Shown: piece by piece, positions 31,822-42,209 of the stretch | How the letters are laid out: each line of letters opens with the position of its first letter | Numbering within the stretch: position 1 is the stretch's first letter | Sequence record: NZ_CP136150.1 | DNA: 64,000 bases | Reading direction: 5' to 3' (one strand) | DNA from: a plasmid | Translations under genes and position numbers: made by a program | Notes under the pieces: model-generated | Told to the model about the DNA's origin: nothing | The model's input: the letters and a program-made list of their open reading frames with translations, nothing else | Databases searched by the model: none

Positions 31822-33519
31822 TCAGGCTGCATCGGGCAGGGTGTGGTGGCTGTCTGCATCAGCACTGCCGTTTTCGGTATCAGATACGTCGTTTTCTGCA
31901 TCAGGGGCGCGCATCCAGACAGGCACCCAACGGTTGTCACGCATTTTGTCCTCTGCCAGTTCAGCCGCATCACCCTTCTTCATCTTCTCCGCATCCCGCG
32001 CCGCGCCTGTCAGTCCGGCCTCATTCAGCGCGGCGATGATTTGCGGTTTTTTAAGGCCAGTGAAGAAATCGGCCTTCGTCGGTTGCCACCAGTCGCGCAG
32101 ATGGAAAGCGAGCGCGATTTCCAGCTTATCGAGCGGACTGCGGGTGGTGCCTCCGGCGCCGCGCATCTGCATACCGTCAAGACTGCATGCGGTGCAGAAA
32201 CTGAGCAGGGCGGTAAGGTCTTTGGCGCTGAGGGTGAAAAAGGTGGTGAAGTCCTGTGTCCAGCCCTCCGGTAGCAACGTTTCAAGACGTTTTCCCTCCT
32301 GCGACAGCGTCACAAACGCAACACCGCTCTCGCCGGACGGCGCATCCTTTGTCAGGGAGTAATGCTTACAGTTCAGGCTGATTTGAGCGGGTCGGTTATA
32401 CGCGCCGCTGCTGAACACGTTCAGACACAGCGTCCATGCCAGAAGCGCCAGGGATTTTTCCGGCTGCTGCATCAATGCCGCCTGGACCGACAATGTCCGT
32501 TCTGCACACATTCTGGTCAGCAGGGGAACACTGATTTCGTCCACAGGCTCCGGCTGGCGCTCATATACCGGAACCTGAGCGGGTTCATCTTCCGTTTCAG
32601 ACTGCTCACGCAGGCTCACCCCGCGCTGGACACAGATTTCACCGTGACGCCATGACACCACCACGCCGGACTGTGCGCGCATTTCCAGCGTCCATGCCCG
32701 GAGTTGTGCCGCGCATTCGATGGCCTCTATCTCTGACTCCATCGTGTCGGTTTCATCGCTGGCGGTCTGGTTTTCGTCGTACAGTTCCTGCAACTCGTCC
32801 AGGCGCTGCTGTTCCTGCTCCGTGTAAACCGCGTCAGGCTCATCCTGAATACGGTACACTTCGGTATCCTCACCATAGCGGCTGACAGGCTCCATCCGTC
32901 CCGCGCACCATGCCCAGCCCTCGGCCTCTTTCAGGCACTCCGCCACCCACTGAAGTTTTTCCAGCAGGGCCGTATCCAGCGCCAGTTTGTCCACAAAACC
33001 GCCCTGTTCGTCGCTGAACAGGTCTGCGCGGATTTCATCGCCGGAGAAAGCTTTTTCACCGACAAACGTATATTTGCTGTTGTTGAGGGTGGAAACCTGA
33101 CTGTCGGTGATCAAATTACGGATCACGCGCACTTCCGGTTTATTGTTCCAGCCCTCTCGACACGCCGCCTCGTACACCTGCACCTGACGGTCGGGATTGT
33201 CCTCCAGCGCCAGCGCCTGACAGTGCTCCGTGGTGATTTTGTCCGCAGCCAGCGCTTCCAGGATAACCGGAGCCAGCCCCGCGAGTTTCAGCATCCGCTG
33301 TACGTGACGGGGCGAATAGCCCAGCAGATCGCCAGTCTGTGCAGGAGTTTTGCCTTCCGCTGCCATCGCGCGGAATCCCGCAATTTGTTCGGCAGGGTGC
33401 ATTTCCAGATGCTGCCCGTTCTCGGTCAGTGAAGCGGCGGTCGCCAGATTATCCGGCACAACCTTCACGCGGACAGGCCAGTCCGGGTGGATCGTGTTCT
33501 CAGTGGCCAACAGATTCAT
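31822..33519 (-). CDS. F-plasmid orf652-like leading-region protein (tentative ParB-nuclease-fold; no ParB motif identified)
   Basis: About 565 aa. Assigned from large size, acidic regions, and position between psiB and samAB. No specific ParB motif was identified; family recalled from F-plasmid annotation. Start is assigned at MNLLATENTIHPDWP. Confidence 0.6.
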   Translation of the reverse strand: MNLLATENTIHPDWPVRVKVVPDNLATAASLTENGQHLEMHPAEQIAGFRAMAAEGKTPAQTGDLLGYSPRHVQRMLKLAGLAPVILEALAADKITTEHCQALALEDNPDRQVQVYEAACREGWNNKPEVRVIRNLITDSQVSTLNNSKYTFVGEKAFSGDEIRADLFSDEQGGFVDKLALDTALLEKLQWVAECLKEAEGWAWCAGRMEPVSRYGEDTEVYRIQDEPDAVYTEQEQQRLDELQELYDENQTASDETDTMESEIEAIECAAQLRAWTLEMRAQSGVVVSWRHGEICVQRGVSLREQSETEDEPAQVPVYERQPEPVDEISVPLLTRMCAERTLSVQAALMQQPEKSLALLAWTLCLNVFSSGAYNRPAQISLNCKHYSLTKDAPSGESGVAFVTLSQEGKRLETLLPEGWTQDFTTFFTLSAKDLTALLSFCTACSLDGMQMRGAGGTTRSPLDKLEIALAFHLRDWWQPTKADFFTGLKKPQIIAALNEAGLTGAARDAEKMKKGDAAELAEDKMRDNRWVPVWMRAPDAENDVSDTENGSADADSHHTLPDAA

Positions 33520-33808
33520 CGCCGCCAGACGGCGACCGCCAGCGCCCGTCCCGTGACAGGCCGGACGCGGCACACTGGCAGCGGGTGGCAGTCAGCATCA
33601 GGTGTGCAGGAATGGCCGGGGTGACAACAGGAGCTGAAGGGAAACACCAGAGGAGGACAGATGACATACCAACAGTTCTGCGTTGCTCCTCCACAGGGTT
33701 ATTAACTGATTCTGTGGATAACCTGACATCTGTTTTTCCAGGCAGAACAGTTATCTGAGGGGAAACAGTAAAATTTCACTTGCAGGACAGAAAATATCTT
33801 AAATAATG

Positions 33809-33824
33809 CTGTATATAAAAACAG
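33809..33824. promoter_or_regulatory. LexA box (CTGTATATAAAAACAG) in the samA promoter
   Basis: Perfect CTGT-N8-ACAG, 20 bp upstream of the samA ATG. Confidence 0.75.
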
Positions 33825-33843
33825 GTATTTTAAGAGGTATGCC

Positions 33844-34266
33844 ATGTTACTGCTTGTAGCACCCGAACAGGAGCCGGTACAGTCCACTGCCCCGCTGTTC
33901 ACCGAACGTTGCCCGGCGGGGTTTCCGTCGCCGGCCGCCGATTACACGGAGGAGGAACTGGATCTGAATGCCTACTGTATACGGCGTCCGGCTGCAACAT
34001 TCTTCGTCAGGGCTATCGGGGATTCGATGAAAGAAATGGGTCTGCATTCCGGCGATTTAATGGTTGTCGACAAAGCTGAGAACCCCATGCAGGGGGATAT
34101 TGTCATCGCGGAAACAGATGGCGAGTTCACCGTTAAGCGCCTGCAGTTGAAGCCCCGTATCGCCCTGCTGCCGATGAATCCGGCCTACCCCACGCTTTAT
34201 CCGGAAGAACTGCAGATTTTCGGGGTGGTGACGGCTTTTATACACAAAACCCGGAGCACAGACTGA
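33844..34266 (+). CDS. samA: UmuD-like SOS mutagenesis protein SamA (S24 peptidase)
   Basis: LexA-like self-cleaving domain (...AIGDSMKEMGLHSGDLMVVDKA...). Confidence 0.85.
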   Translation: MLLLVAPEQEPVQSTAPLFTERCPAGFPSPAADYTEEELDLNAYCIRRPAATFFVRAIGDSMKEMGLHSGDLMVVDKAENPMQGDIVIAETDGEFTVKRLQLKPRIALLPMNPAYPTLYPEELQIFGVVTAFIHKTRSTD

Positions 34267-35540
34267 TGTTCGCTTTGGCTGACGTCAACTCGTTCTATGC
34301 CAGTTGCGAAAAGGTCTTTCGCCCCGATTTGCGTGACAGGTCTGTGGTGGTCCTGAGTAACAACGATGGTTGTGTAATCGCGCGCAGCGCTGAAGCAAAA
34401 AAACTGGGCATAAAAATGGGGGTGCCGTGGTTTCAACTGAGGTCGGCGAAATTTCCGGAGCCGGTTATCGCGTTCTCCAGTAATTACGCCCTCTACGCAT
34501 CAATGTCGAACAGGGTCATGGTTCACCTGGAAGAGCTGGCGCCACGCGTTGAGCAGTACTCCATTGACGAGATGTTTCTGGATATTCGCGGTATAGACAG
34601 TTGCATCGATTTCGAGGATTTCGGCCGACAGCTGCGTGAGCACGTTCGTTCCGGCACAGGGCTGACCATCGGCGTCGGAATGGGACCGACCAAAACGCTG
34701 GCTAAAAGCGCGCAATGGGCATCGAAAGAATGGTCACAGTTCGGAGGCGTGCTTGCCCTGACGTTACACAATCAGAAACGAACGGAGAAACTGCTGTCAC
34801 TGCAACCGGTGGAGGAAATCTGGGGTGTGGGCCGCAGGATCTCAAAGAAGCTGAACACAATGGGGATCACCACAGCACTGCAGCTGGCCCGCGCGAATCC
34901 AACGTTCATCAGGAAAAACTTTAATGTGGTTCTGGAGAGAACGGTCCGGGAACTCAATGGAGAAAGCTGTATTTCCCTGGAGGAAGCACCGCCCCCCAAA
35001 CAGCAGATAGTCTGCAGCAGAAGCTTTGGAGAACGAGTCACGACTTATGAAGCGATGCGGCAGGCAGTCTGTCAGCACGCTGAACGTGCCGCCGAAAAGC
35101 TGCGTGGGGAACGGCAGTTCTGCAGGCATATTGCCGTGTTTGTGAAAACATCGCCGTTCGCCGTAACTGAGCCCTACTACGGTAATCTGGCCAGTGAAAA
35201 ACTGCTCATCCCCACGCAGGATACACGGGACATCATTGCCGCTGCCGTCAGAGCTCTGGACAGGATCTGGGTGGATGGTCACCGTTACGCAAAGGCAGGC
35301 TGTATGCTGAACGATTTCACGCAAACCGGGGTATCGCAGCTTAATTTATTTGATGAAGTACAGCCGCGGGAACGGAGCGAGCAGCTGATGCAAGTCCTGG
35401 ATGGGATTAACCATCCGGGCAAGGGGAAAATATGGTTCGCCGGTCGGGGGATTGCCCCCGAGTGGCAGATGAAAAGGGAACTACTTTCGCCAGCTTATAC
35501 GACACGTTGGGCAGATATTCCTGCAGCGAAATTGACTTGA
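34266..35540 (+). CDS. samB: UmuC-like Y-family DNA polymerase subunit SamB
   Basis: MFALADVNSFYASCEKVFRPDLRDRSVVVLSNNDGCVIARS... is the Pol V catalytic subunit family signature. Confidence 0.9.
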   Translation: MFALADVNSFYASCEKVFRPDLRDRSVVVLSNNDGCVIARSAEAKKLGIKMGVPWFQLRSAKFPEPVIAFSSNYALYASMSNRVMVHLEELAPRVEQYSIDEMFLDIRGIDSCIDFEDFGRQLREHVRSGTGLTIGVGMGPTKTLAKSAQWASKEWSQFGGVLALTLHNQKRTEKLLSLQPVEEIWGVGRRISKKLNTMGITTALQLARANPTFIRKNFNVVLERTVRELNGESCISLEEAPPPKQQIVCSRSFGERVTTYEAMRQAVCQHAERAAEKLRGERQFCRHIAVFVKTSPFAVTEPYYGNLASEKLLIPTQDTRDIIAAAVRALDRIWVDGHRYAKAGCMLNDFTQTGVSQLNLFDEVQPRERSEQLMQVLDGINHPGKGKIWFAGRGIAPEWQMKRELLSPAYTTRWADIPAAKLT

Positions 35541-35544
35541 AATT

Positions 35545-35620
35545 GTGGCGATTTCACCTTGAAATTCTCAATATAAATTACTTAATTACAATAAGTTAGA
35601 TGTGAAATCGCCGTGGCGAA
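35545..35620. other. parS: P1-type parS centromere (heptamer ATTTCAC boxes and hexamer TCGCCA boxes)
   Basis: tggcgatttcacc ... gtgaaatcgccgtggcgaaatt, immediately downstream of parB. Confidence 0.6.
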
Positions 35621-35621
35621 A

Positions 35622-36599
35622 TTATTGACTCAAATTTCTCTCAAGGACCTCGTTGATAGCTTTGTCCAGTTCATCCTGAACCACTTTTGACATACGGCTA
35701 AACTCATAAGTCAGCGTACGCCCTTTCACACGCTTGCGCGCGAACTTGTCCTTTTCTTCAAAGGTCCAGAGTGCGGAAATTACTGACTTTTCCTTAGGAG
35801 GCGGAGCTATCAATGCCTGAGAGGCCTGAGAAATCAATTTCAGTATACTGGCTTTCTGTTCGTCGTCTGGTCGCTCGTAGTCACTCAAAATTGCATCATG
35901 CTGATCTGAGACAGACTGAATGAGCCCTTCAGACGTTAAACCCTTTTCACTGAGTTTTTCATTAACCTCTAACAGAATTTTATAGTCACTAAACGACAGC
36001 TCAGACTGAACCGGGAACAGAGAAATCAATTCTTGCGGTACTGCTGCCGCCTGCAGTGCCCTGGTGACCTTAGCCTGGGATAACCCCTCCAGTTCAGCAA
36101 TTTCCTTTTGATTGAATCCAGACTCTTTCAGAGCCATCAATCTTAAGCCGATCTCCCGAAGGTTATGCTCTTTAGCTGTCTGGACATCTTTAGCCAGATG
36201 GCGAGCTTCATCAGCTGATAAACGTTCATTGGTAACCATTACATCAAGGCCTGTACGGATATAAATCGCTGAGGCTCGCCGTCTTGAACCATCCAGTATC
36301 TCAATCCTTTCACCTTGCTGAATGCCAATACAGGGGAAGAACTGCTGAAACTTAATCGTCTGGATAATAGATTTCAGGGACTCCCTGGTCAGAGCAAGTT
36401 GATCTCTTCCGTTGGTTTCCTGGTTTACGAATGTCTTACTTTCAACGTCCGATGCAGGTACCCGAACAAACCTGAACGTTATCTTCCTGCCGGTTTTTAG
36501 GGTAAATACCTGACTTCTTTGGGTGTCAGTCATCTCAACCATTGACGCCTGGGTATTTAACTGTCTGCCAATAGTTTTTCTTCTCTCATTCGACATCAC
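35622..36599 (-). CDS. parB: Partition protein ParB (P1 ParB / F SopB family)
   Basis: 325 aa with a central HTH and ParB-box motifs. Its start overlaps the parA stop. Confidence 0.9.
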   Translation of the reverse strand: MMSNERRKTIGRQLNTQASMVEMTDTQRSQVFTLKTGRKITFRFVRVPASDVESKTFVNQETNGRDQLALTRESLKSIIQTIKFQQFFPCIGIQQGERIEILDGSRRRASAIYIRTGLDVMVTNERLSADEARHLAKDVQTAKEHNLREIGLRLMALKESGFNQKEIAELEGLSQAKVTRALQAAAVPQELISLFPVQSELSFSDYKILLEVNEKLSEKGLTSEGLIQSVSDQHDAILSDYERPDDEQKASILKLISQASQALIAPPPKEKSVISALWTFEEKDKFARKRVKGRTLTYEFSRMSKVVQDELDKAINEVLERNLSQ

Positions 36600-37801
36600 A
36601 TACCTCCGTTAGTACGAATGAACTCAATGCGATCAAATACGGCCTTCGCAAAGTCTTCCGCTGCTGATTTTGCGCTTTTAAGCGCCTCGGTGCTTCCATC
36701 ATAGGTTGCTGGATTTGCGGAAATAACTGTGTCAAAAGTCTCCCCGCATCGCTCGAAGCCATCCAGCCTCGGCAGAACCATGTCGAGCATATCGGCACCG
36801 AATACTTCTTTGGCCTGACTATGGCAAATTTTGTGATCAGACTTGTTCAGGATTTTGGACATAAAACCTACATTTCCGATGAGATTGCAGGTGTGTCCAT
36901 CCTGTTCGATCGAATCAATAAGCGCAGGAAGGCTGGCTACAAACTTCAGGGAAGAATGAAAATCAACCGTTGCCGGAGGAAGTGGAGTCAACATCAGGTC
37001 TGCCGCTCCGATGCAGTTTTTCAGGAACGCATCGAGGTGAGGACCACTATCAAGGAAGATAAAGTCGTAGTCATACCGGAGCTTGTCGATAATGTTCTCT
37101 TTAAGCACTGCATGAATATTTTGCCCAGGCAGATGTTCCTCACACAATCCCTTCCAGCCTTCAGCAAGGAATGCATCGTCAATGGAAGCGGGAATAACAT
37201 CAACGCCCGGGATAATTGACGACACGATGAAATCGGAAAGTAATTCTTCACGAGACACGTTCTGGAGCATGGCCTGAGCAGCCGTATTTTCAACCAGGCC
37301 CACTGAATTCTCATGGCTCAGGAACATTGTCAGAGATGCCTGCGGATCGAAATCGATGGCCAGGATACGCAGGTCTTCGAACAGAAGCTGAGGATGAGCC
37401 CGAAAGGCATGGGATAATGAAGCGGTAGAAACTGTCTTGGAACCGCCACCTTTAAGGTTACATACAAATATAGTGAACGCTTTATCGAAGCGATCTCTGT
37501 ACTTGGGCACTTTACGATGGAAATACAGATCGATGACGTTCTGAATCGTCATCGCGTACTTCATCGTATTGCCGGAAGGTTTCTTTTTAAAAATATAGCC
37601 ACTGGCTTCCATTTCGGCCACAGCATACTCAACACTCCCTTTGCTTAGCTTAGGCAGCTTATATAGGGCGGCTTTGCTGTATTCCTGATAGAACTCGGTA
37701 AGCTTCAATTCCTCTTTTTGCTGGCGGATACTTTCGCTCAAGGATGTCAGAAGTTTACCTGCACGTGTGGCGACTTTCCGTAACTGCTCAATATTTTCCA
37801 T
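36596..37801 (-). CDS. parA: Type Ia partition ATPase ParA
   Basis: 401 aa with an N-terminal HTH extension. Deviant Walker A motif KGGGSKT. Confidence 0.9.
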   Translation of the reverse strand: MENIEQLRKVATRAGKLLTSLSESIRQQKEELKLTEFYQEYSKAALYKLPKLSKGSVEYAVAEMEASGYIFKKKPSGNTMKYAMTIQNVIDLYFHRKVPKYRDRFDKAFTIFVCNLKGGGSKTVSTASLSHAFRAHPQLLFEDLRILAIDFDPQASLTMFLSHENSVGLVENTAAQAMLQNVSREELLSDFIVSSIIPGVDVIPASIDDAFLAEGWKGLCEEHLPGQNIHAVLKENIIDKLRYDYDFIFLDSGPHLDAFLKNCIGAADLMLTPLPPATVDFHSSLKFVASLPALIDSIEQDGHTCNLIGNVGFMSKILNKSDHKICHSQAKEVFGADMLDMVLPRLDGFERCGETFDTVISANPATYDGSTEALKSAKSAAEDFAKAVFDRIEFIRTNGGM

Positions 37802-38215
37802 TTATCACCTCATGATGTTTTTTGTCATTTTTAACAAAAAGAATCATGTTGCAAGAAATAAATCATAATATTTTGATTTTGCTCTCACAGGGGGCACCGA
37901 AGATTAAATGGAGAAGAGGGCACTACATCCACAATCATTTTGTTGACCCACAGCGCAAACCGTGAGTCTGTTCAGATCTTGCATCTGAGCAGGCGAAGGG
38001 TTGGACAAGCCCAAAGGGCGCGTCAGCCTGTCACATTGGGGTATAGTTCAGCAGTACCTGTTTCTGCCAGGACATGGATATCTCCGGGCAAGCAAGCTGA
38101 TGATTAAAAAAGAAAGAGGGGACAACCCCTGAAGGAATTGCAATTCCGTTCCTCGCAATGTCAGCATTTTTTGCCTGTGATACTATGACCGGGTCATTTT
38201 TCAGAGCATGGACTG

Positions 38216-39157
38216 ATGAAAAAGAAAAACACTACGCCGACTCCCCACGACGCGACATTCCGGCAGTTTCTGACACAACCTGACATTGCCCGGGATTTTA
38301 TGGAGCTGCATCTGCCGGCAGAGCTGCGTGCCATCTGCGATCTCAGTACACTGAAACTGGAATCAGGCTCGTTTGTTGAGGATGACCTCCGCCAGTATTT
38401 CAGCGACGTCCTCTACAGCCTGAAAACCACAGCCGGCGACGGATATATTCATGTCCTGGTTGAACACCAGTCAACACCTGACAAACATATGGCTTTCCGC
38501 CTGATACGCTATGCGGTGGCCGCCATGCAGCGCCACCTGGAGGCAGGGCATAAAAAATTGCCACTGGTGATACCAGTGCTGTTCTATACGGGGAAACGCA
38601 GCCCGTATCCGTACTCCACCCGCTGGCTGGACGAATTTGACGATACGGCGCTGGCAGGCAAACTCTACAGCAGCGCTTTCCCGCTGGTAGACGTTACGGT
38701 CATTCCGGATGATGAAATCGCCGGCCACCGTAGCATGGCCGCCCTGACTTTATTGCAGAAACATATTCATCAGCGGGACCTGGCAGAACTGGTTGACCGG
38801 CTGGCGCCCATTTTGCTGGCCGGATATCTGTCTTCATCGCAGGTAATATCGCTGGTACACTATATAGTGCAGGCAGGCGAAACATCCGACGCCGAAGCCT
38901 TTGTACGCGAACTGGCACAGCGTGTGCCGCAACACGGAGACGCACTTATGACCATCGCACAACAGCTCGAACAGAAGGGCATCGAGAAGGGGATTCAGCT
39001 CGGTGAACAACGTGGTATTGAAAAAGGCCGTTCAGAAGGGGAGCGCGAAGCGACTCTGAAAATAGCCCGTACCATGCTCCAGAACGGCATTGACCGCAAT
39101 ACCGTCATGAAAATGACCGGTCTGACTGAAGACGACCTGGCGCAGATCCGCCACTAA
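38216..39157 (+). CDS. Rpn (YhgA-like) recombination-promoting nuclease family protein
   Basis: PD-(D/E)XK transposase_31-like N-terminus (...HDATFRQFL..PDIARDFMELHLP...) and a C-terminal helical repeat region. Confidence 0.7.
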   Translation: MKKKNTTPTPHDATFRQFLTQPDIARDFMELHLPAELRAICDLSTLKLESGSFVEDDLRQYFSDVLYSLKTTAGDGYIHVLVEHQSTPDKHMAFRLIRYAVAAMQRHLEAGHKKLPLVIPVLFYTGKRSPYPYSTRWLDEFDDTALAGKLYSSAFPLVDVTVIPDDEIAGHRSMAALTLLQKHIHQRDLAELVDRLAPILLAGYLSSSQVISLVHYIVQAGETSDAEAFVRELAQRVPQHGDALMTIAQQLEQKGIEKGIQLGEQRGIEKGRSEGEREATLKIARTMLQNGIDRNTVMKMTGLTEDDLAQIRH

Positions 39158-39759
39158 TCCCCCTTTTCTGGCACTCCCTGCCCGGCCATCAGCGAATACT
39201 GGTGGGGCAGGGAGGCATCAGGCTCTGCCAGCCAGCCACAGCGATCAAACAGCTTCATTACCCCCGCTACGTTCCCTGTCAAACGTGCTGTCAGCGAATT
39301 TATCTGTCGGCCGCTGTCGTTAAAACCGACATCGAGTTTGGCCTGTGAGAGATAAATGCCGTTCACGCCTGCACTGAGCGCCACAGCATTCCGGCCGGAC
39401 CATTCCCGATCGCTCAGCAGACGGTAGTTCCAGTGCATATCTTTCGCTGTTTCCAGAGCATACGTCAGCCGGAACAGGTCGTTCTGCTCGGACAACTCAC
39501 CGGTGCATGAACGCCAGAGGTAATTCAGCTTGCTGGCCAGCTTGGCGCTGACGCCCATCTGACGTCCCTGTTTCAAAAGCCACTCGATATCGGGCGTCAC
39601 ATCACGAGAAAAACGCCGTTGCTTCAGCGCAGTCGCCAGCCAGCGGGTGAGAAAGAGGTTTTCCTGTGCCGGCGAGAGAACGCCACCATCCTGCCTGGCC
39701 AGCGCAAGCGCCACCAGGGCACACCACGCCAGATGACCTGATTTTTCTGTCAATGTCAC
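39154..39759 (-). CDS. Hypothetical protein
   Basis: 201-aa ORF convergent with the rpn-like gene. No family recognised. Confidence 0.3.
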   Translation of the reverse strand: MTLTEKSGHLAWCALVALALARQDGGVLSPAQENLFLTRWLATALKQRRFSRDVTPDIEWLLKQGRQMGVSAKLASKLNYLWRSCTGELSEQNDLFRLTYALETAKDMHWNYRLLSDREWSGRNAVALSAGVNGIYLSQAKLDVGFNDSGRQINSLTARLTGNVAGVMKLFDRCGWLAEPDASLPHQYSLMAGQGVPEKGD

Positions 39760-39815
39760 GGCTTCTCCCGCAAGTCAGAAAAATGATGTAATTCATCAGG
39801 CATAATCAGCACACG

Positions 39816-40232
39816 TCAGCCCGTCTTACGGAGAAACATTCGCCGCATCTCACGCGTCAGCTGCTTCTTCTCCCATCCGTAAGGGAAAATAATGCTGTAG
39901 TCCCTCCTCTCAGGGAGGATATCAGGGCCCGCGACGATTCGCGCCACCTCCTTATTCAGGCGTTCTCCTCGCCAGCCATAAGCCGCCAGTCGCTTACGGA
40001 TACGTGCAACGGGAAAACGTTTATCGGAGTGACGGGGGAAGAGTAACGTCCCGTCCTCATTTCGTTTGACACCAAACATATCCAGAGACTGTTCGATCAC
40101 CACTGTTCGAACGGGGAAATGCTCACGCATAGTTTTCAACATATTCTCCATTTCAGACTCCTGAATTAATCCCTGCAACTGTCTGACCAGCCAGAGAGCA
40201 GCGTTATGCTGGCTCACTCCCTGCGTCATCAT
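39816..40232 (-). CDS. Hypothetical protein
   Basis: 138-aa ORF downstream of the exonuclease fragment. Confidence 0.3.
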   Translation of the reverse strand: MMTQGVSQHNAALWLVRQLQGLIQESEMENMLKTMREHFPVRTVVIEQSLDMFGVKRNEDGTLLFPRHSDKRFPVARIRKRLAAYGWRGERLNKEVARIVAGPDILPERRDYSIIFPYGWEKKQLTREMRRMFLRKTG

Positions 40233-40334
40233 TCATTTCACACTGGAGTTCATGCCAGTATCCGGCAATATTGTTTACCACCTGTGCTGTCATAACGGCG
40301 TCAGTGACGGCGGAATGAGCCACCCCGATCCAGC

Positions 40335-40853
40335 TCAGGCCAGCCTGACTGACAGCACCGGAAAGCGATATGGTTCCGTAACGATTTGTACTGCAGCTGC
40401 TGCCGGATCGATGCCGACTGTGGGTTTCAGGCGGGTCTCAAATATCCTCTCACCGCGGGCATTCACCAGACCGATTTCCAGCGCCTGCGCGCCGGCATCA
40501 AGTCCGGTCGTTTCGGTATCGAGGAAGACGGGGCCCAGTGCTAACCAGGTATGTGCCAGCATGGCGAACCTGCCACGCTCACTCTTCATCCGGGCCTGCA
40601 GGCCCAGACGTGTGCTGGCCAGCCGCTGTTTTTCTGTCTGAGGGCGTTTCGCCCGCATCGGGACGCAGTCAGCCAGCCGCCATACGCCGTATTTCCCGCC
40701 GTAAGGACTTTTGTACATTCTGACCGGTTCCGCACCAGGGGCTGGCTTCATCCTGAACTCATCCCGAAGCCGCCCTTTGGTGTAGCATTTATCCTCCGCC
40801 CGGGGCGCTTCATCACAGGAGTCTGAATTGTCATCATCACGCATTCTGGCCAC
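40335..40853 (-). pseudogene. DnaQ-like 3'-5' exonuclease fragment (Exo I motif only)
   Basis: FLDTETTGLD Exo I motif after a ~110-aa leader. No Exo II or Exo III in frame. Stops follow. Confidence 0.4.
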
Positions 40854-41952
40854 CGGTCTGTTTATTGCCTGAAAGCGCCGCCATCAGTGACTGGTTCTGA
40901 CGCTTCAGGGCTTCAGCCTCACCACGCAGTGCCGCGACCGTTTCTTTCTCCCCCATCGTCTCCAGACGGGCATCATCACGCTGGTTTTCCAGCTGTGTGC
41001 AACGATCTGTCAGACTGGCTATTTCACTGCCCATACGCACCAGTTGCTCCGAGGAGGCCTTTTCCTGCGATTCCAGCCTTGCGGTGAGGCTGCTGACTCT
41101 GTCACGTTCAAGTGCAATCTCACCGGCGCGCGCCTGCGTGTCAGCGATGGCCTGCTCGAGGCGTTGCTGCAGCGTTTCGCGGGTGGCCAGATGCTGCTGA
41201 CGTTCTGAGGCCAGCGCATTTTCCTGCGATTCAAGGCGGGCAAGGAGAGTATTGACTTTATCGCGTTCAGACTTCAGTTCTTCTGTACGCGCATTAGCTT
41301 CGGCAGAAATTTGCTCCAGTCGTTTCTGCAGGTCTTCCCGCGTGTTTTTGTGCTGTGCCTGCTCCGCATTAAGCGCATCCTGCAGCACTGTCTTCTGCTC
41401 CTGATACCGTTCCTCTCGCTGACGGGTATTCTCTTCAGCGGCCGCAAGACGCTCTTTCAGCTGGGCCATCTCCACATCATGCTGCTGACGCAGTGAACGT
41501 TCTGACTCCAGCGCCAGCGTCAAACTGTCATATCTGTCCTGCAGTTCATCCAGTTTTTCTTCCAGGTCGTCGACTGTCTGCGCGGCGTCGGCCAGCTCCC
41601 GCTCTGCCTGTGCGGTCTGTTCACCGGCAGCACGCGTGACTTCCGCAACCCGGCGTTCTGCAGCCCGGACCGCCTTGTCATTCAGTTCTGTCGCCAGCTG
41701 GGTGATGCGTTCGGACAGCGCGGCGGAGACGGCCTTCACTTCTTCAGCCACTTCCACTGGCAGCTCGGCAACGGGTTCAGTGACGACCGTGCTCTGTGAA
41801 GCCTGGTATTCGTCCCATATCTGGCGGAGACGTGTCGGATTGCCGCCACCCACCTGGTTACGTAGTGCGAACCCGGTGATATTCCGTCCTTCAGCCTGCA
41901 GGGCCAGCCCTGCTTCAATAATCTGTTCTGGTTCGTATGTCGCCGGACGCAT
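40837..41952 (-). CDS. tlpA: Coiled-coil thermosensing repressor TlpA
   Basis: 371 aa, highly charged heptad-repeat α-helical protein (ELQ/ERLE repeats) of TlpA length. Confidence 0.85.
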   Translation of the reverse strand: MRPATYEPEQIIEAGLALQAEGRNITGFALRNQVGGGNPTRLRQIWDEYQASQSTVVTEPVAELPVEVAEEVKAVSAALSERITQLATELNDKAVRAAERRVAEVTRAAGEQTAQAERELADAAQTVDDLEEKLDELQDRYDSLTLALESERSLRQQHDVEMAQLKERLAAAEENTRQREERYQEQKTVLQDALNAEQAQHKNTREDLQKRLEQISAEANARTEELKSERDKVNTLLARLESQENALASERQQHLATRETLQQRLEQAIADTQARAGEIALERDRVSSLTARLESQEKASSEQLVRMGSEIASLTDRCTQLENQRDDARLETMGEKETVAALRGEAEALKRQNQSLMAALSGNKQTGGQNA

Positions 41953-42166
41953 CTGTCAGTCTCCGCATAAAGGGTATGCTTATATTATACACAAACAAAC
42001 TAACAAATAAACTAACTAACAAACAAATTAAAGACGTGACAGGGTAGCGAAAAAGGGCACCAGGACAGCGCACCGCCGGTCGAATTGCTGGCACAGCATG
42101 TCCGGAGCCCGGGCGGGATGCACCACAGGTACGATGCACGCCACTCTCCTTGCCAGGTACTGGTGT

Positions 42167-42198
42167 TAATGCTAATGTACGCATACGTTAGCATTAAC
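42167..42198. repeat. 32-bp palindromic element (TTAATGCTAATGTACGCATACGTTAGCATTAA) overlapping the promoter of orf162
   Basis: Self-complementary arms TTAATGCTAA/TTAGCATTAA. A near-identical inverted copy follows the ORF. Confidence 0.8.
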
Positions 42199-42209
42199 CA
42201 GAGACAGAC

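Noticed and set aside
31490-32362. 290-aa and 210-aa plus-strand ORFs
   Set aside because: Antisense to psiA and the orf652-like gene. Low-complexity, Ser/Arg/Ala-rich translations.
38117-38148. Two adjacent small palindromes (aggggacaacccct; ggaattgcaattcc) upstream of the rpn-like gene
   Set aside because: They are short and isolated with no partner sites. This is possibly a terminator or operator, but the evidence is too weak to call.
39816-40232. Possibility that the 138-aa ORF is the Exo II/III half of the exonuclease (it contains HNAALW)
   Set aside because: It is in the same frame as the Exo I ORF but separated by three stop codons. It lacks the acidic Exo II/III residues, so it is treated as an independent hypothetical gene.
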